A stretch of 64,000 nucleotides of DNA, taken from assembly GCA_029262475.1 (NCBI GenBank), contig JAJCZG010000119.1, forward strand, positions 3,378-67,377. Direction: 5' to 3'. A model generated the notes under the pieces. It had not been told where the DNA came from, made no database searches, and saw only the letters and a list, made by a program, of their open reading frames with translations. The first letter of the stretch is position 1; every line of letters starts with the position of its first letter. Both the position numbers and the translations under genes were made by a program. Source of the stretch: Deltaproteobacteria bacterium (lineage in GTDB: Bacteria > Desulfobacterota > GWC2-55-46 > JAJCZF01). Positions 9,326-18,916 of this stretch are shown piece by piece.

Positions 9326-10651
9326 ATGGACTACTTTAACTTCAAAGGCAAAAACCTATACGCGGAAGATGTGCCCGTCTCACGTATCGCCAAAGAATGC
9401 GGCACCCCTATATATATATATAGTCTAAAGACACTCAGACGCCACTACAAGGCATATACGGAGTCCTTCGCAGGCGTGCCGAATATAATATGCTATTCGG
9501 TAAAAGCTAACTCGAACCTCTCGGTCCTTAACGCCTTTGCTAAAGAGGGTTCGGGCTTCGATATCGTCTCTGGCGGCGAGCTCTTCAGGGCCCTTAAGGC
9601 CGGTGCCGACCCCTCAAAGATTGTCTTTTCCGGGGTAGGCAAGAACGAAGACGAGATAGAGTACGCTTTAAAATCTTCGATACTCATGTTTAACGTAGAG
9701 AGCCCCGGAGAACTTAAAGCCGTAAACCGCGTCGCAAGGAGGCTAAAGACCAAGGCCCCTGTGGCGATAAGGATAAACCCTAATGTCGATCCGAAGACGC
9801 ATCCCTATATATCGACCGGGCTTAAGAAGAACAAATTCGGCATAGAGACCAATGAGGCTTTTAAGGAATATCTCTACGCTAAGAAGAGCCTGAAAAACCT
9901 CTCGCTCATCGGGGTGGACTGTCACATAGGCTCGCAGCTTACCGAGATCGAACCCTTCGTCGACGCCCTTAAGAAGGTTAAATCCTTTATAAAGAAACTC
10001 CGAAAAGAGGGGGTCAATATCAAATACCTCGACATGGGCGGCGGCCTCGGCATCCGGTACGACGAGGAGACCCCCCCTCACCCGAGCGACTACGGCGAGG
10101 CTATAATAAAGGAGACGAAGGCACTTGACGTAACCCTCATCTTCGAGCCGGGACGTTCGATGGTCGGTAACGCCGGCATACTCGCAACTAAAGTCCTCTA
10201 CACGAAACAGGGTTCTAAAAAGAATTTTGTCATCGTGGACGCCGCTATGAACGACCTTACGAGGCCGAGCCTCTACGGAGCATATCACGCCATAGAGCCG
10301 GTTATTTCGCCCGCCGCAGGTTCCGAGACGATACTGGCCGACGTAGTCGGCCCAATATGCGAGACCGGCGACTTCCTGGGGCAAAACATCAGCCTGCCGG
10401 TCCTAAAGGAAGGCGCGCTCCTCGCCGTAAAGAGCGCCGGGGCCTACGGCTTTACCATGTCGAGCAACTATAATTCCAGAAGGCGCGCAGCCGAGGTGAT
10501 GGTTGACGGTAAGGAGTTTAGCGTCATAAGAAAGCGCGAGGAGTTCGAAGACCTTATAAACGGAGAAGCGCTGCCGCGTATAAAGAAGTCGGTAAAAAAA
10601 CCGGTAAAGAAAGCAGCCGCTAAAAAGACTACCGCTAAGAGGGCACAGTGA
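9326..10651 (+). CDS. lysA: Diaminopimelate decarboxylase
   Basis: YSVKAN, HIGSQ, GGGLG, EPGR, GPICETGD, SNYN. Confidence 0.97.
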   Translation: MDYFNFKGKNLYAEDVPVSRIAKECGTPIYIYSLKTLRRHYKAYTESFAGVPNIICYSVKANSNLSVLNAFAKEGSGFDIVSGGELFRALKAGADPSKIVFSGVGKNEDEIEYALKSSILMFNVESPGELKAVNRVARRLKTKAPVAIRINPNVDPKTHPYISTGLKKNKFGIETNEAFKEYLYAKKSLKNLSLIGVDCHIGSQLTEIEPFVDALKKVKSFIKKLRKEGVNIKYLDMGGGLGIRYDEETPPHPSDYGEAIIKETKALDVTLIFEPGRSMVGNAGILATKVLYTKQGSKKNFVIVDAAMNDLTRPSLYGAYHAIEPVISPAAGSETILADVVGPICETGDFLGQNISLPVLKEGALLAVKSAGAYGFTMSSNYNSRRRAAEVMVDGKEFSVIRKREEFEDLINGEALPRIKKSVKKPVKKAAAKKTTAKRAQ

Positions 10652-11472
10652 AGATAGAGTTCACAAAGATGCACGGTATTGGAAACGACTTCATCGTCCT
10701 TGACCTTACAAAAAAGTCCATACCGAAGCTTGAAGAGGCTATCATAAAGCTCGGCGACAGAAGATTCGGCGTAGGCTTTGACCAGGCCCTGATACTTAGG
10801 AAGTCAAGGAAGGCCGACTTCAGGATGGATATATATAACGGCGACGGCGGCAGAGTGGAGATGTGCGGTAACGGCATCCGCTGCTTTGCGCGCTATATCT
10901 GGGACAGGAAGCTATCGAAGAAGACGGCCCTCGATATCGAAACGCTCGCAGGCATAATGCGCCCGGAGAAGGCACCCGGCGGCCTCGTAAGGGTAGACAT
11001 GGGCGTGCCCGTACTAGACGGCCCGTCGATACCCGTAAAAACGTCTGGAGAGGTCATTGACCGCCCGCTCGCAGCCGGAGGTAAAGAGTTTAAAATTACC
11101 TGCGTATCAATGGGGAACCCGCACTGCGTTATATTCGTCGACGACGTCGCGAACTTCCCGGTCGCGGAGTACGGTCCGCTAATTGAAACACACAGGTTTT
11201 TCCCCAACAGGGCGAATGTGGAGTTCGTAGAGGTCGTTAATAACCGCCGCATTAAGATGCGCGTCTGGGAGCGCGGCGCGGGAGAGACACTCGCATGCGG
11301 CACCGGGGCATCGGCGAGCGTAGTTGCGGCGAATCTTAAAAAACTTATAAACCGTAAAGCAGTAGTGGAGCTCCTCGGCGGGGAGCTTTCGATTGAGCTA
11401 AGCAAAGAAGACGGAAGAGTGTATATGACCGGGCCTGCCGAAGAGGTATTTACAGGTACGGCTTCGGTATAG
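10648..11472 (+). CDS. dapF: Diaminopimelate epimerase
   Basis: KMHGIGNDF, EMCGNG, GNPH, ERGAGETLACGTG. Confidence 0.97.
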   Translation: MKIEFTKMHGIGNDFIVLDLTKKSIPKLEEAIIKLGDRRFGVGFDQALILRKSRKADFRMDIYNGDGGRVEMCGNGIRCFARYIWDRKLSKKTALDIETLAGIMRPEKAPGGLVRVDMGVPVLDGPSIPVKTSGEVIDRPLAAGGKEFKITCVSMGNPHCVIFVDDVANFPVAEYGPLIETHRFFPNRANVEFVEVVNNRRIKMRVWERGAGETLACGTGASASVVAANLKKLINRKAVVELLGGELSIELSKEDGRVYMTGPAEEVFTGTASV

Positions 11473-11490
11473 AAGATCAGGAGGAAGACC

Positions 11491-12363
11491 ATGTTTAAAG
11501 GCGCATTTACCGCTCTCGTAACACCGTTTAAGGACGGCGAGGTTGACGAGGCGGCGTTACGTAACTATATAGAAGAGCAGATCGCGGCTGGCATAAACGG
11601 CCTGGTGCCCTGCGGCTCAACCGGCGAGAGCGCGACCTTAACGCACGAAGAACACGACCGCGTAATCGATATAACCGTAGAGACGACCGCCGGGAGGGTG
11701 CCGGTCATTGCAGGCGCCGGCTCGAACTCTACCCGCGAGACGATAAAGCTCACGAAACACGCGGCCGATGGAGGCGCAGACGCTGCTCTCCTCATAACCC
11801 CTTACTACAATAAGCCCTCGCAGGCCGGGCTCTACGAACATTTCAAGACCGTGGCCGAGGAATGCGACATACCGATATTCCTCTATAACGTACCGGTGAG
11901 GACTGCGGTAAACCTCTCTTCGGAGACGACGGCGCGCCTCTCGGAGCTTCCTGGTATCATCGGCATAAAAGAGGCGACCGGCAATATGGAGCAGATAAGC
12001 CAGACGATACGCCTCTCAAAGGACGGATTTATCGTGCTATCAGGTGACGACGCATCGACCCTGCCGCTCCTCTCCATCGGAGGCTCGGGAGTAATAAGCG
12101 TCACATCGAATATCGCACCGGTGGATATGAGCAGCCTGTGCTCGGCATTCTTCTCCGGAGACCAGGAAGGGGCGAGGAAGATCCACGAAAAGCTCCTACC
12201 GTTATCAGCCGCCATGTTCGTCGAAACGAACCCGGTGCCGGTGAAGACCGCACTTGCGATGATGGGAAAGATAACCGAAGAATTCAGGCTACCGCTGGTA
12301 AATATCGGCGAGAGCGGCAGAAGGGCCGTCGAAGACGCGCTCAGGGAATACGGCATACTTTAA
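11491..12363 (+). CDS. dapA: 4-hydroxy-tetrahydrodipicolinate synthase
   Basis: GSTGES, PYYNKP, LYNVP, GIKEA, NPVPVK. Confidence 0.97.
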   Translation: MFKGAFTALVTPFKDGEVDEAALRNYIEEQIAAGINGLVPCGSTGESATLTHEEHDRVIDITVETTAGRVPVIAGAGSNSTRETIKLTKHAADGGADAALLITPYYNKPSQAGLYEHFKTVAEECDIPIFLYNVPVRTAVNLSSETTARLSELPGIIGIKEATGNMEQISQTIRLSKDGFIVLSGDDASTLPLLSIGGSGVISVTSNIAPVDMSSLCSAFFSGDQEGARKIHEKLLPLSAAMFVETNPVPVKTALAMMGKITEEFRLPLVNIGESGRRAVEDALREYGIL

Positions 12364-12394
12364 GTAAAGTCTTCCGAGAAAAAAGGAGCGGGAT

Positions 12395-13201
12395 ATGATA
12401 AGAGCGGGCATAGTCGGTGCGGGCGGAAGGATGGGACAGGCTCTCATAAGGAGCGTCCTCGAAGCAAAAGGCATTGAGATAGCCGGAGTAAGCGAGAGGC
12501 CGGGTTCGAGCCTGATAGGAAAGGACCCCGGTGAGGCCGCCTTCACAGGAAAGATCGGCATAAAGGCCAAGGACACCCCCAAAAAGGCTTTTAAGACCTC
12601 CGACGTTATAATAGACTTTTCATCTCCGGAGGCCTCCATGCATCATCTGGAGTACGCCGTCGAGACAGATAAGGCGATAGTTATAGGCACGACCGGATTT
12701 TCAAAGCAGCAGAGAAACAAGATTAAGAAGATGGGCAAGGAGACGCGCATCGTGATGGCCCCGAATATGAGCGTTGGCATAAACCTGCTCTTAAAGCTCG
12801 TAAACACAGCCGCTACCGCTCTTGGCGACCCCTACGACGTAGAAATTGTCGAGACACACCACCGCCACAAAAAAGACGCCCCCTCAGGCACGGCCATCCG
12901 CATAGCCGAGGAGGCGGCTAAAGCCCTTTCGAGGAATTTTGATGAAACAGCGGTTTACTGCCGAAAGGGCATCATAGGAGAACGCAAGACAAAAGAGATC
13001 GGCATTCAAACCCTTCGCGCCGGCGACGTAGTCGGCGACCATACAATAATATTCGCCACACCCGGAGAGCGCATCGAGCTTACGCATAAGGCCCAGTCCA
13101 GGGATACCTTCGCCAACGGTGCGGTAAAGGCCGCCATATGGCTAGTGGAAAAACCAAGGGGGCTCTACGACATGCACGACGTTCTTAACCTTAAGGACTA
13201 A
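12395..13201 (+). CDS. dapB: 4-hydroxy-tetrahydrodipicolinate reductase
   Basis: GAGGRMG, GTTG, ETHHRHKKDAPSGTA. Confidence 0.97.
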   Translation: MIRAGIVGAGGRMGQALIRSVLEAKGIEIAGVSERPGSSLIGKDPGEAAFTGKIGIKAKDTPKKAFKTSDVIIDFSSPEASMHHLEYAVETDKAIVIGTTGFSKQQRNKIKKMGKETRIVMAPNMSVGINLLLKLVNTAATALGDPYDVEIVETHHRHKKDAPSGTAIRIAEEAAKALSRNFDETAVYCRKGIIGERKTKEIGIQTLRAGDVVGDHTIIFATPGERIELTHKAQSRDTFANGAVKAAIWLVEKPRGLYDMHDVLNLKD

Positions 13202-13343
13202 AAAAGCCCTAAGGGCTCCGCCCGAGGATCCGGGCGAATGCGAGACGCGCCTGCCTTGCCCGTCTCGTACGGTTACAGACCTTTTCACCGCAGAGCTCGT
13301 CCGTCCACACCGAATAAAAAAGACCTTTTATAGATTAACTCTT

Positions 13344-13373
13344 TTGACTCCACCGGCGCTTTACGGTTAAAAT
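13344..13373 (+). promoter_or_regulatory. sigma70-type promoter upstream of the membrane-protein pair
   Basis: TTGACT-18 nt-TAAAAT. Confidence 0.45.
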
Positions 13374-13536
13374 ATAAAACAAAGCGGGGCAAAGGAGGAG
13401 ACGGCGGGCTCGGAGCTACGGATAAAAGATGCCTGGCTGCCGTATATTGCCGAACTAACAGCCCTAATTCATATAGATTAATGACGGCACCCGGGACGAC
13501 AACGGAGTGCCTGGCGGGAAAAAGGATTTACAGTAA

Positions 13537-15636
13537 GTGATAGATTCGCTCTTTAAAAGCGCTCGTTCCATAAAATACTTCGGGGCCGCTGTCGCGTGCT
13601 TCGCGCTCTATACGGTCGTAACTTCTTTTAACGCTCTATCCCCTCTTCAGTGGGGGATAAGCCTTCTCCTTACGGCTGGCGCAGCGGGTATCTACTTCTC
13701 ACTTAACGCGCCGCCACTAAAAGCGTCCCCCGTAAAGACTTCGCTAACGGTCTTCACCTTTTACATCATAGCCGCACTCCTGGTATTTCACCCCACGATG
13801 CACAATATCTTCAGGAGTGATTACTGGCAGATATCTCTCTTATTTAATAGCATTTCGGAGTTGACCGTAGATGCCGCAAAGAGGCTCTCGCTCTTCGAAA
13901 TCTTCGGAGATATGCGCTTTCAGCCCGCCGCGCACCTCCTTATGTACTTCAGAGACCTTGCCTTCGGTAGCGAGGTCTTACTCTTTCATCTCCTTAATAT
14001 CACTCTCCACTCGGTAACCGGCTTTGCCCTATACGGCGCCCTTAACCGTTTCACGCGAGACCGGGCCTTCTCTTTCATATTCGGGCTTCTTTTTATAGTC
14101 CTCCAGAGCCACTTCGACACCGTTGTCTGGACCTATCATATCTATATAATACTCGGCTCCATACTGCTCCTCACCGCCGTTAACCTCACAAAGCGCTACA
14201 TAGACGGTGAGACGGCAGTCTCTATCTACATAGCGGCCCTCCTGTCAATAGTCTCCATCCTCCTCTACGAACCGTCGATAGCCATCCCGCTCCTCCTCTT
14301 TTTAATGGTCGGCGCGGCCTTCTTAACCAAAGATGGAGGGGTAGATAAGAAGCGGCTTATTATTGCCGGAGCCGGAGCCGCAGCAGTATATATTTTATAC
14401 GCAGGTGTTACGCTATTCGGCTTGTCGCTTACAGAAGGGGCACACAAGGTCGTCTCCGGCGGAGACCTCATAACCGTTGATAATATCTTAAAGGGGCTCG
14501 TTGCGCTCTTTAAAAGCCTCTGGCATACCATCTACCTTGAAAACATTGGCATTACGGCGGAGCTAAATATCGTAGAGATAATCTACATTCATCCGCCGGA
14601 AGAGTTAATTACGAGTTTTACTGCTGTAGTCATAATGGCCCTGTCGCTCGCCCTCTTCTCGCTCATGCGCGCAGACAAGAAGAACCGCTACTTCGCCCTA
14701 CTGCTGATACTTATTGGAATCTCCTACTTTTCGGTAATAGCGCTTGGAAGGGTCCACTCCAATTCGATAAGGTACGTTACCTCCCAGTCCCGTTACTTCT
14801 ACTTCCCGAACGCGGCCATCCTGCTCGCCTCAGGCATTCTCCTCTACCGGAAATACGGTGAGCAAAGCGCAAGGTGGATAATACTCATAATACTAACGGC
14901 CATCTTCTTCTGGAATACCTCGAATACCCAGATGGCGAATAACGCCGTCGATAGGAATATGCGCTTCCTGGACGCCCCCCACTACGAGCTAAAGGCATTT
15001 ACGGCCTCCAACCCTCAGGCGAAAGTATTTATCGACTACATCCCCTTTAACGAGGGGCGCCTCTTCCTCGGCTCCGATATTGCTCTGGAGATAATGCACA
15101 GAGGAGCGGTCACCAGGTATAAACGCCTTGCGACGCATATCTACGACGAGCGCGGTCTAAGGAAGAACCCATCCTACATGGCGGGCGCAGTACCTTCTCC
15201 GACACTCGGCGATTTTACCGTCAAGTGGACATTCCGCTTCTTCAAGCAGGCCGAGTCGTGGAAGGATATAGTCGTCATCGGCTCAGAGAATAATTACCCG
15301 CGCATTACGACCACCCTCGACGGGGTCATAAAACTTGCTCTCGTTAACGTCGAAACCGGCGCTGTAGAGGAGTTAAGCTTCCACCCGTCATACTTGCTAA
15401 AGGGCTATAACGACTGGTTCGAAGTTACCCTTGTAAAAGAAGGGGACGTTATCTGCCTCAAATACTTTGACATGATTAGCGATTCGGTGACCCTTACGTC
15501 GGAGTACGTGAACTGGCGTGCGGACGGCACGGAGCTCCTTGGCCCGCACTACTACGGAAAGGGCGCATCCTCTTACATTGCCGACCTCTTCCTGATGCTC
15601 GACGAAGCCAGGGGCGGGTGCGGAAAGCTCAAATAA
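13537..15636 (+). CDS. Multi-pass membrane protein, GT-C-like glycosyltransferase with C-terminal beta-rich (LamG-like) domain, paralog 1
   Basis: Many hydrophobic segments; IFRSDYW, FHLLNITLH, DTVVW, LYEP, RYFYFP; soluble C-terminal region. Confidence 0.6.
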   Translation: MIDSLFKSARSIKYFGAAVACFALYTVVTSFNALSPLQWGISLLLTAGAAGIYFSLNAPPLKASPVKTSLTVFTFYIIAALLVFHPTMHNIFRSDYWQISLLFNSISELTVDAAKRLSLFEIFGDMRFQPAAHLLMYFRDLAFGSEVLLFHLLNITLHSVTGFALYGALNRFTRDRAFSFIFGLLFIVLQSHFDTVVWTYHIYIILGSILLLTAVNLTKRYIDGETAVSIYIAALLSIVSILLYEPSIAIPLLLFLMVGAAFLTKDGGVDKKRLIIAGAGAAAVYILYAGVTLFGLSLTEGAHKVVSGGDLITVDNILKGLVALFKSLWHTIYLENIGITAELNIVEIIYIHPPEELITSFTAVVIMALSLALFSLMRADKKNRYFALLLILIGISYFSVIALGRVHSNSIRYVTSQSRYFYFPNAAILLASGILLYRKYGEQSARWIILIILTAIFFWNTSNTQMANNAVDRNMRFLDAPHYELKAFTASNPQAKVFIDYIPFNEGRLFLGSDIALEIMHRGAVTRYKRLATHIYDERGLRKNPSYMAGAVPSPTLGDFTVKWTFRFFKQAESWKDIVVIGSENNYPRITTTLDGVIKLALVNVETGAVEELSFHPSYLLKGYNDWFEVTLVKEGDVICLKYFDMISDSVTLTSEYVNWRADGTELLGPHYYGKGASSYIADLFLMLDEARGGCGKLK

Positions 15637-15653
15637 GCGTAGCGAGAGATTAA

Positions 15654-17759
15654 TTGAATAAAGACTATACAAATGCGATTCGCTTCACCGCGCCGGTAGG
15701 AGCTATATTTGCCATCACAGTCGCCTATACGACGTGGAGCTCGCTAAACTCGCTGCCGCCTTATCAGTGGGCTCTGGCATTCGCGCTACTAATAATTGCT
15801 CTTACGGCGCTCTTCTTTATGGAGAAGGGTCTACTAACCGCGAGGAGAGCGGCAGGCGTAACCGTCATCATCTACGCTCTCGTCGCATTTACGGCCTTTC
15901 ACTCCACAACCGGCAATATTTTCAGGAGCGACTACTGGCTAATCGCCGAGCTCTTCAACTCCTTCGACCAGGTAACCATCGATACGCTCAGGAGGATCTC
16001 TCTCTTTGAAATAATGGGCGACCCGAGGTTCCAACCTCTTGCCCACCTACTGATGTATTTACGGTTTCTCGTCTTTAAATTCAACCCGCTGGCCTTTCAT
16101 ACGCTCAATATCGCGCTCCACACTCTAACGGCCTTTCTTATTTACCTTATCGTTAAGGAGTTCACAGCCGAAAAGGGACTGGCCTTCATAACGGGGCTCA
16201 TCTTCATAGTGCTCCAGAGCCAATTCGATACCGTCGTCTGGACCTATCATATATATATTATTACCGGCGGAGCACTCCTCTTCGCCGCCATCCTCCTTGC
16301 CAGGAGATACTCAGTCACAGGAGAGAGGGCGTATTTCATATATGCGGTTCTATTCTCTCTCGCCTCGCTCCTCCTCTACGAACCGGCGGTAGCCGGGCCC
16401 GCCGCCGTAGCAGGCATAGTTTTATTTAACTGGCGACGCGACGGGCAAGCGGCGCCCCGGCGGACCATTTACTCTACTGCTCTAATCGCAATTGCCGCTT
16501 ACATCGCTTATATGTTGGTTACACTCTTCGGCACCTCTCTTACGACTACAAGCCACAAGATGGGCATGGGAGAGCTCACTACCTTATCAAATATTGGCCT
16601 TGCCGTTAAGGCGCTCTTCGTTAACTTATGGCAGAGCTCTTTTATCATAAATACCGGCATGACGGCTACGCTCGACCTCTCCGATATCGTTTACATACGG
16701 ATGCCTGAGGATATATTTACCACGATAAATATCATAAAGCTCATACCGGTCGTCTTTCTTGCGGCATCACTAAGGGCGGTAAAGGGGACGAGGGCTACCG
16801 CCGCGATAATCGCTACCATCGCCCTCTCCTACCTATTTATAATATCGCTCGGAAGGATGCATTCCAATTCGCTCGAATACTTCATAAGCCAGCCGCGTTA
16901 CCAGTACTTCCCCAATGCCGCGCTCATAATCCTTGTGGCCGTACTCCTGAGCGCAAAGTTTAAGGAGAAGATAAAAAAACCGCTTATCAGTGCCGCCCTC
17001 GCAGCTATCTTCTTCTGGAACCTGCAAAATACCCTTATAGCGAATAACAAGGTCTCAGACGGCATGGAGTTCCTCGACTCACACTATTACAGGATAAAAG
17101 ATTTTACCGCGAATGACCCGTCGAGAAAGCTATATATGAACTTTACTCCCGGCGAAGGTTTGAGGTTTGCACTCGGAGCGGATATCGCCCTCGACCTCAT
17201 GCTAGGCGAGCGCCTCAGCTCATTTCCGAGTAAAGCCACGCATATCTACACAGAGGACGATATCATGGAGAACCCTTTCAGGTCGGGCGGCGGCGTGGAG
17301 GCGGCAGAGCTCGGGAACTTCTTTGTCTCGTGGACATACCTTCCGGTCTACAAATTAACTCCGCAAGATGACGTGGAAGTGCTTGGGGGTAAGCACGGAG
17401 GGGCGCGTATATCCATTACCAACACCGGAGAAGTTAACTTCAGGGCAGTAAGGGCCGATACCGGTACTACCGATACTATTACACTAAAAAACCCTTATTT
17501 TGCCTCCTCGTACGCTTCACCGGAGGGCAAAAAAACACTCAAACATATGGCCGTCGTAAAGGACGGTAACGAGATTTGCCTTTACTTTAATAATAGACTT
17601 GCCGATAAAAAGATATTACACTATCCATATAAGAACTGGAGAGTGGACGGAAGCGAGCTCTTCGGAAGCCACTACTCAGGGAGTGGCGGTGCGGCCTACG
17701 TCCTCCGGCTCTTTAAACAGTTGGACTCCTCAGACTACTCATGCTCCAGCGAATCGTAG
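15654..17759 (+). CDS. Multi-pass membrane protein, GT-C-like glycosyltransferase with C-terminal LamG-like domain, paralog 2
   Basis: Same motifs (IFRSDYW, FHTLNIALH, FDTVVWTYHIY, RYQYFPN); KHMAVVKDGNEICLYFNN. Confidence 0.6.
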   Translation: MNKDYTNAIRFTAPVGAIFAITVAYTTWSSLNSLPPYQWALAFALLIIALTALFFMEKGLLTARRAAGVTVIIYALVAFTAFHSTTGNIFRSDYWLIAELFNSFDQVTIDTLRRISLFEIMGDPRFQPLAHLLMYLRFLVFKFNPLAFHTLNIALHTLTAFLIYLIVKEFTAEKGLAFITGLIFIVLQSQFDTVVWTYHIYIITGGALLFAAILLARRYSVTGERAYFIYAVLFSLASLLLYEPAVAGPAAVAGIVLFNWRRDGQAAPRRTIYSTALIAIAAYIAYMLVTLFGTSLTTTSHKMGMGELTTLSNIGLAVKALFVNLWQSSFIINTGMTATLDLSDIVYIRMPEDIFTTINIIKLIPVVFLAASLRAVKGTRATAAIIATIALSYLFIISLGRMHSNSLEYFISQPRYQYFPNAALIILVAVLLSAKFKEKIKKPLISAALAAIFFWNLQNTLIANNKVSDGMEFLDSHYYRIKDFTANDPSRKLYMNFTPGEGLRFALGADIALDLMLGERLSSFPSKATHIYTEDDIMENPFRSGGGVEAAELGNFFVSWTYLPVYKLTPQDDVEVLGGKHGGARISITNTGEVNFRAVRADTGTTDTITLKNPYFASSYASPEGKKTLKHMAVVKDGNEICLYFNNRLADKKILHYPYKNWRVDGSELFGSHYSGSGGAAYVLRLFKQLDSSDYSCSSES

Positions 17760-17826
17760 TCTGGAGCTACTACCCATAGGTTATAAGGTATTCCTTGAAC
17801 CACTAACTTTTGAAAGGATCTAAAAT

Positions 17827-18606
17827 ATGATACGCAAAGCCCTGCCAATCTTCTTATTCTTCTTACTCGTAACGCTTATGGCGGCCCTCGCACCTTCCTC
17901 GCAAGCCTTTACCGGTGCCGGGTGCGCTGAAGACTGCACAAGCTGTCATACCCTTGATATAGACGAGGCGAATAAACTCCTTAAAACCGAGAAGTTCGGC
18001 GCAAAGGTGACCGGCGTCAAGATGAGCCCCATTAAGGGTCTATGGGATGTGACCATCGAGAAGAACGGTAAAGAGATGGCTGCCTACGTCGACTTCGCAA
18101 AGCAATTCCTCGTCGAAGGGCGTTTCACACCGCTTGAGAATATTGGAAAGCAGCCGGAAGCGAAGAAACTTGATACATCAACAATACCCCTTGCCGACGC
18201 CGTGGTGATGGGCGACCCGAATGCTGCGCTTAAGGTCATCGTATTCGACGACCCGGATTGCCCGTACTGTAAAAAACTTCACAACGAGATAAAGACGATC
18301 ATTTCAAAAAGAAAGGATATCGCCTTCTACATCAAACTCTACCCGCTCGCCATGCACCCGGCGGCATATGCTAAGAGCAAGGCGATAGTCTGCGAAAGGT
18401 CCGTTAAACTCCTCGACGACGCCTTTAACGGCGTAGAGCTCCCGAAGCCTGAGTGCGATACCGACGATGTGGACAAGACCATAACGCTCGCTAAAAGCCT
18501 CGGCATTAACGGCACCCCCGGCATAGTGCTCCCGAACGGAACCCTCATACCCGGTTATGTAGTGGCTGATACGCTCATAAAAATGATAGACGAAAATACA
18601 AAATAA
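17827..18606 (+). CDS. dsbC: DsbC-family thiol:disulfide isomerase with N-terminal CxxCH motif
   Basis: Signal peptide, CAEDCTSCH, SPIKGLWDV, FDDPDCPYC, GINGTP. Confidence 0.85.
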   Translation: MIRKALPIFLFFLLVTLMAALAPSSQAFTGAGCAEDCTSCHTLDIDEANKLLKTEKFGAKVTGVKMSPIKGLWDVTIEKNGKEMAAYVDFAKQFLVEGRFTPLENIGKQPEAKKLDTSTIPLADAVVMGDPNAALKVIVFDDPDCPYCKKLHNEIKTIISKRKDIAFYIKLYPLAMHPAAYAKSKAIVCERSVKLLDDAFNGVELPKPECDTDDVDKTITLAKSLGINGTPGIVLPNGTLIPGYVVADTLIKMIDENTK

Positions 18607-18639
18607 CTTTTATTTCAATAGAGATTTCATAGGCACGTT

Positions 18640-18685
18640 AAAAGCCATTGCCGGGTAGATGCTTCTACCCGGTAAAGGCTTTTTT
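18640..18685 (+). terminator. Intrinsic terminator after dsbC
   Basis: AAAAGCC..TGCCGGGTAGA / TCTACCCGGTA..GGCTTTTTT. Confidence 0.75.
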
Positions 18686-18817
18686 GATATCATAAAGGTA
18701 TGAGGGAGACGGTTTGAGGCCCGGGCAGCTAATAAAAAAACCCCTTCCCCGGCCTCCCATTCACACTCTCTCCGGGTAATGGCTTCGCTCCCTCACCTTA
18801 TTAGATACATACAATCC

Positions 18818-18850
18818 AAAAAAACCCCGGCTCTCCAAGAAGGGCCGGGG
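18818..18850 (-). terminator. Intrinsic terminator after TPR gene
   Basis: Minus strand CCCCGGCCCT...AGAGCCGGGG followed by 7 T. Confidence 0.75.
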
Positions 18851-18916
18851 CGACTAAATATCACTAAGTAAATCTTTAATATAAATAAGCACGATACAAA
18901 GAGTAGCCGAAGACTG

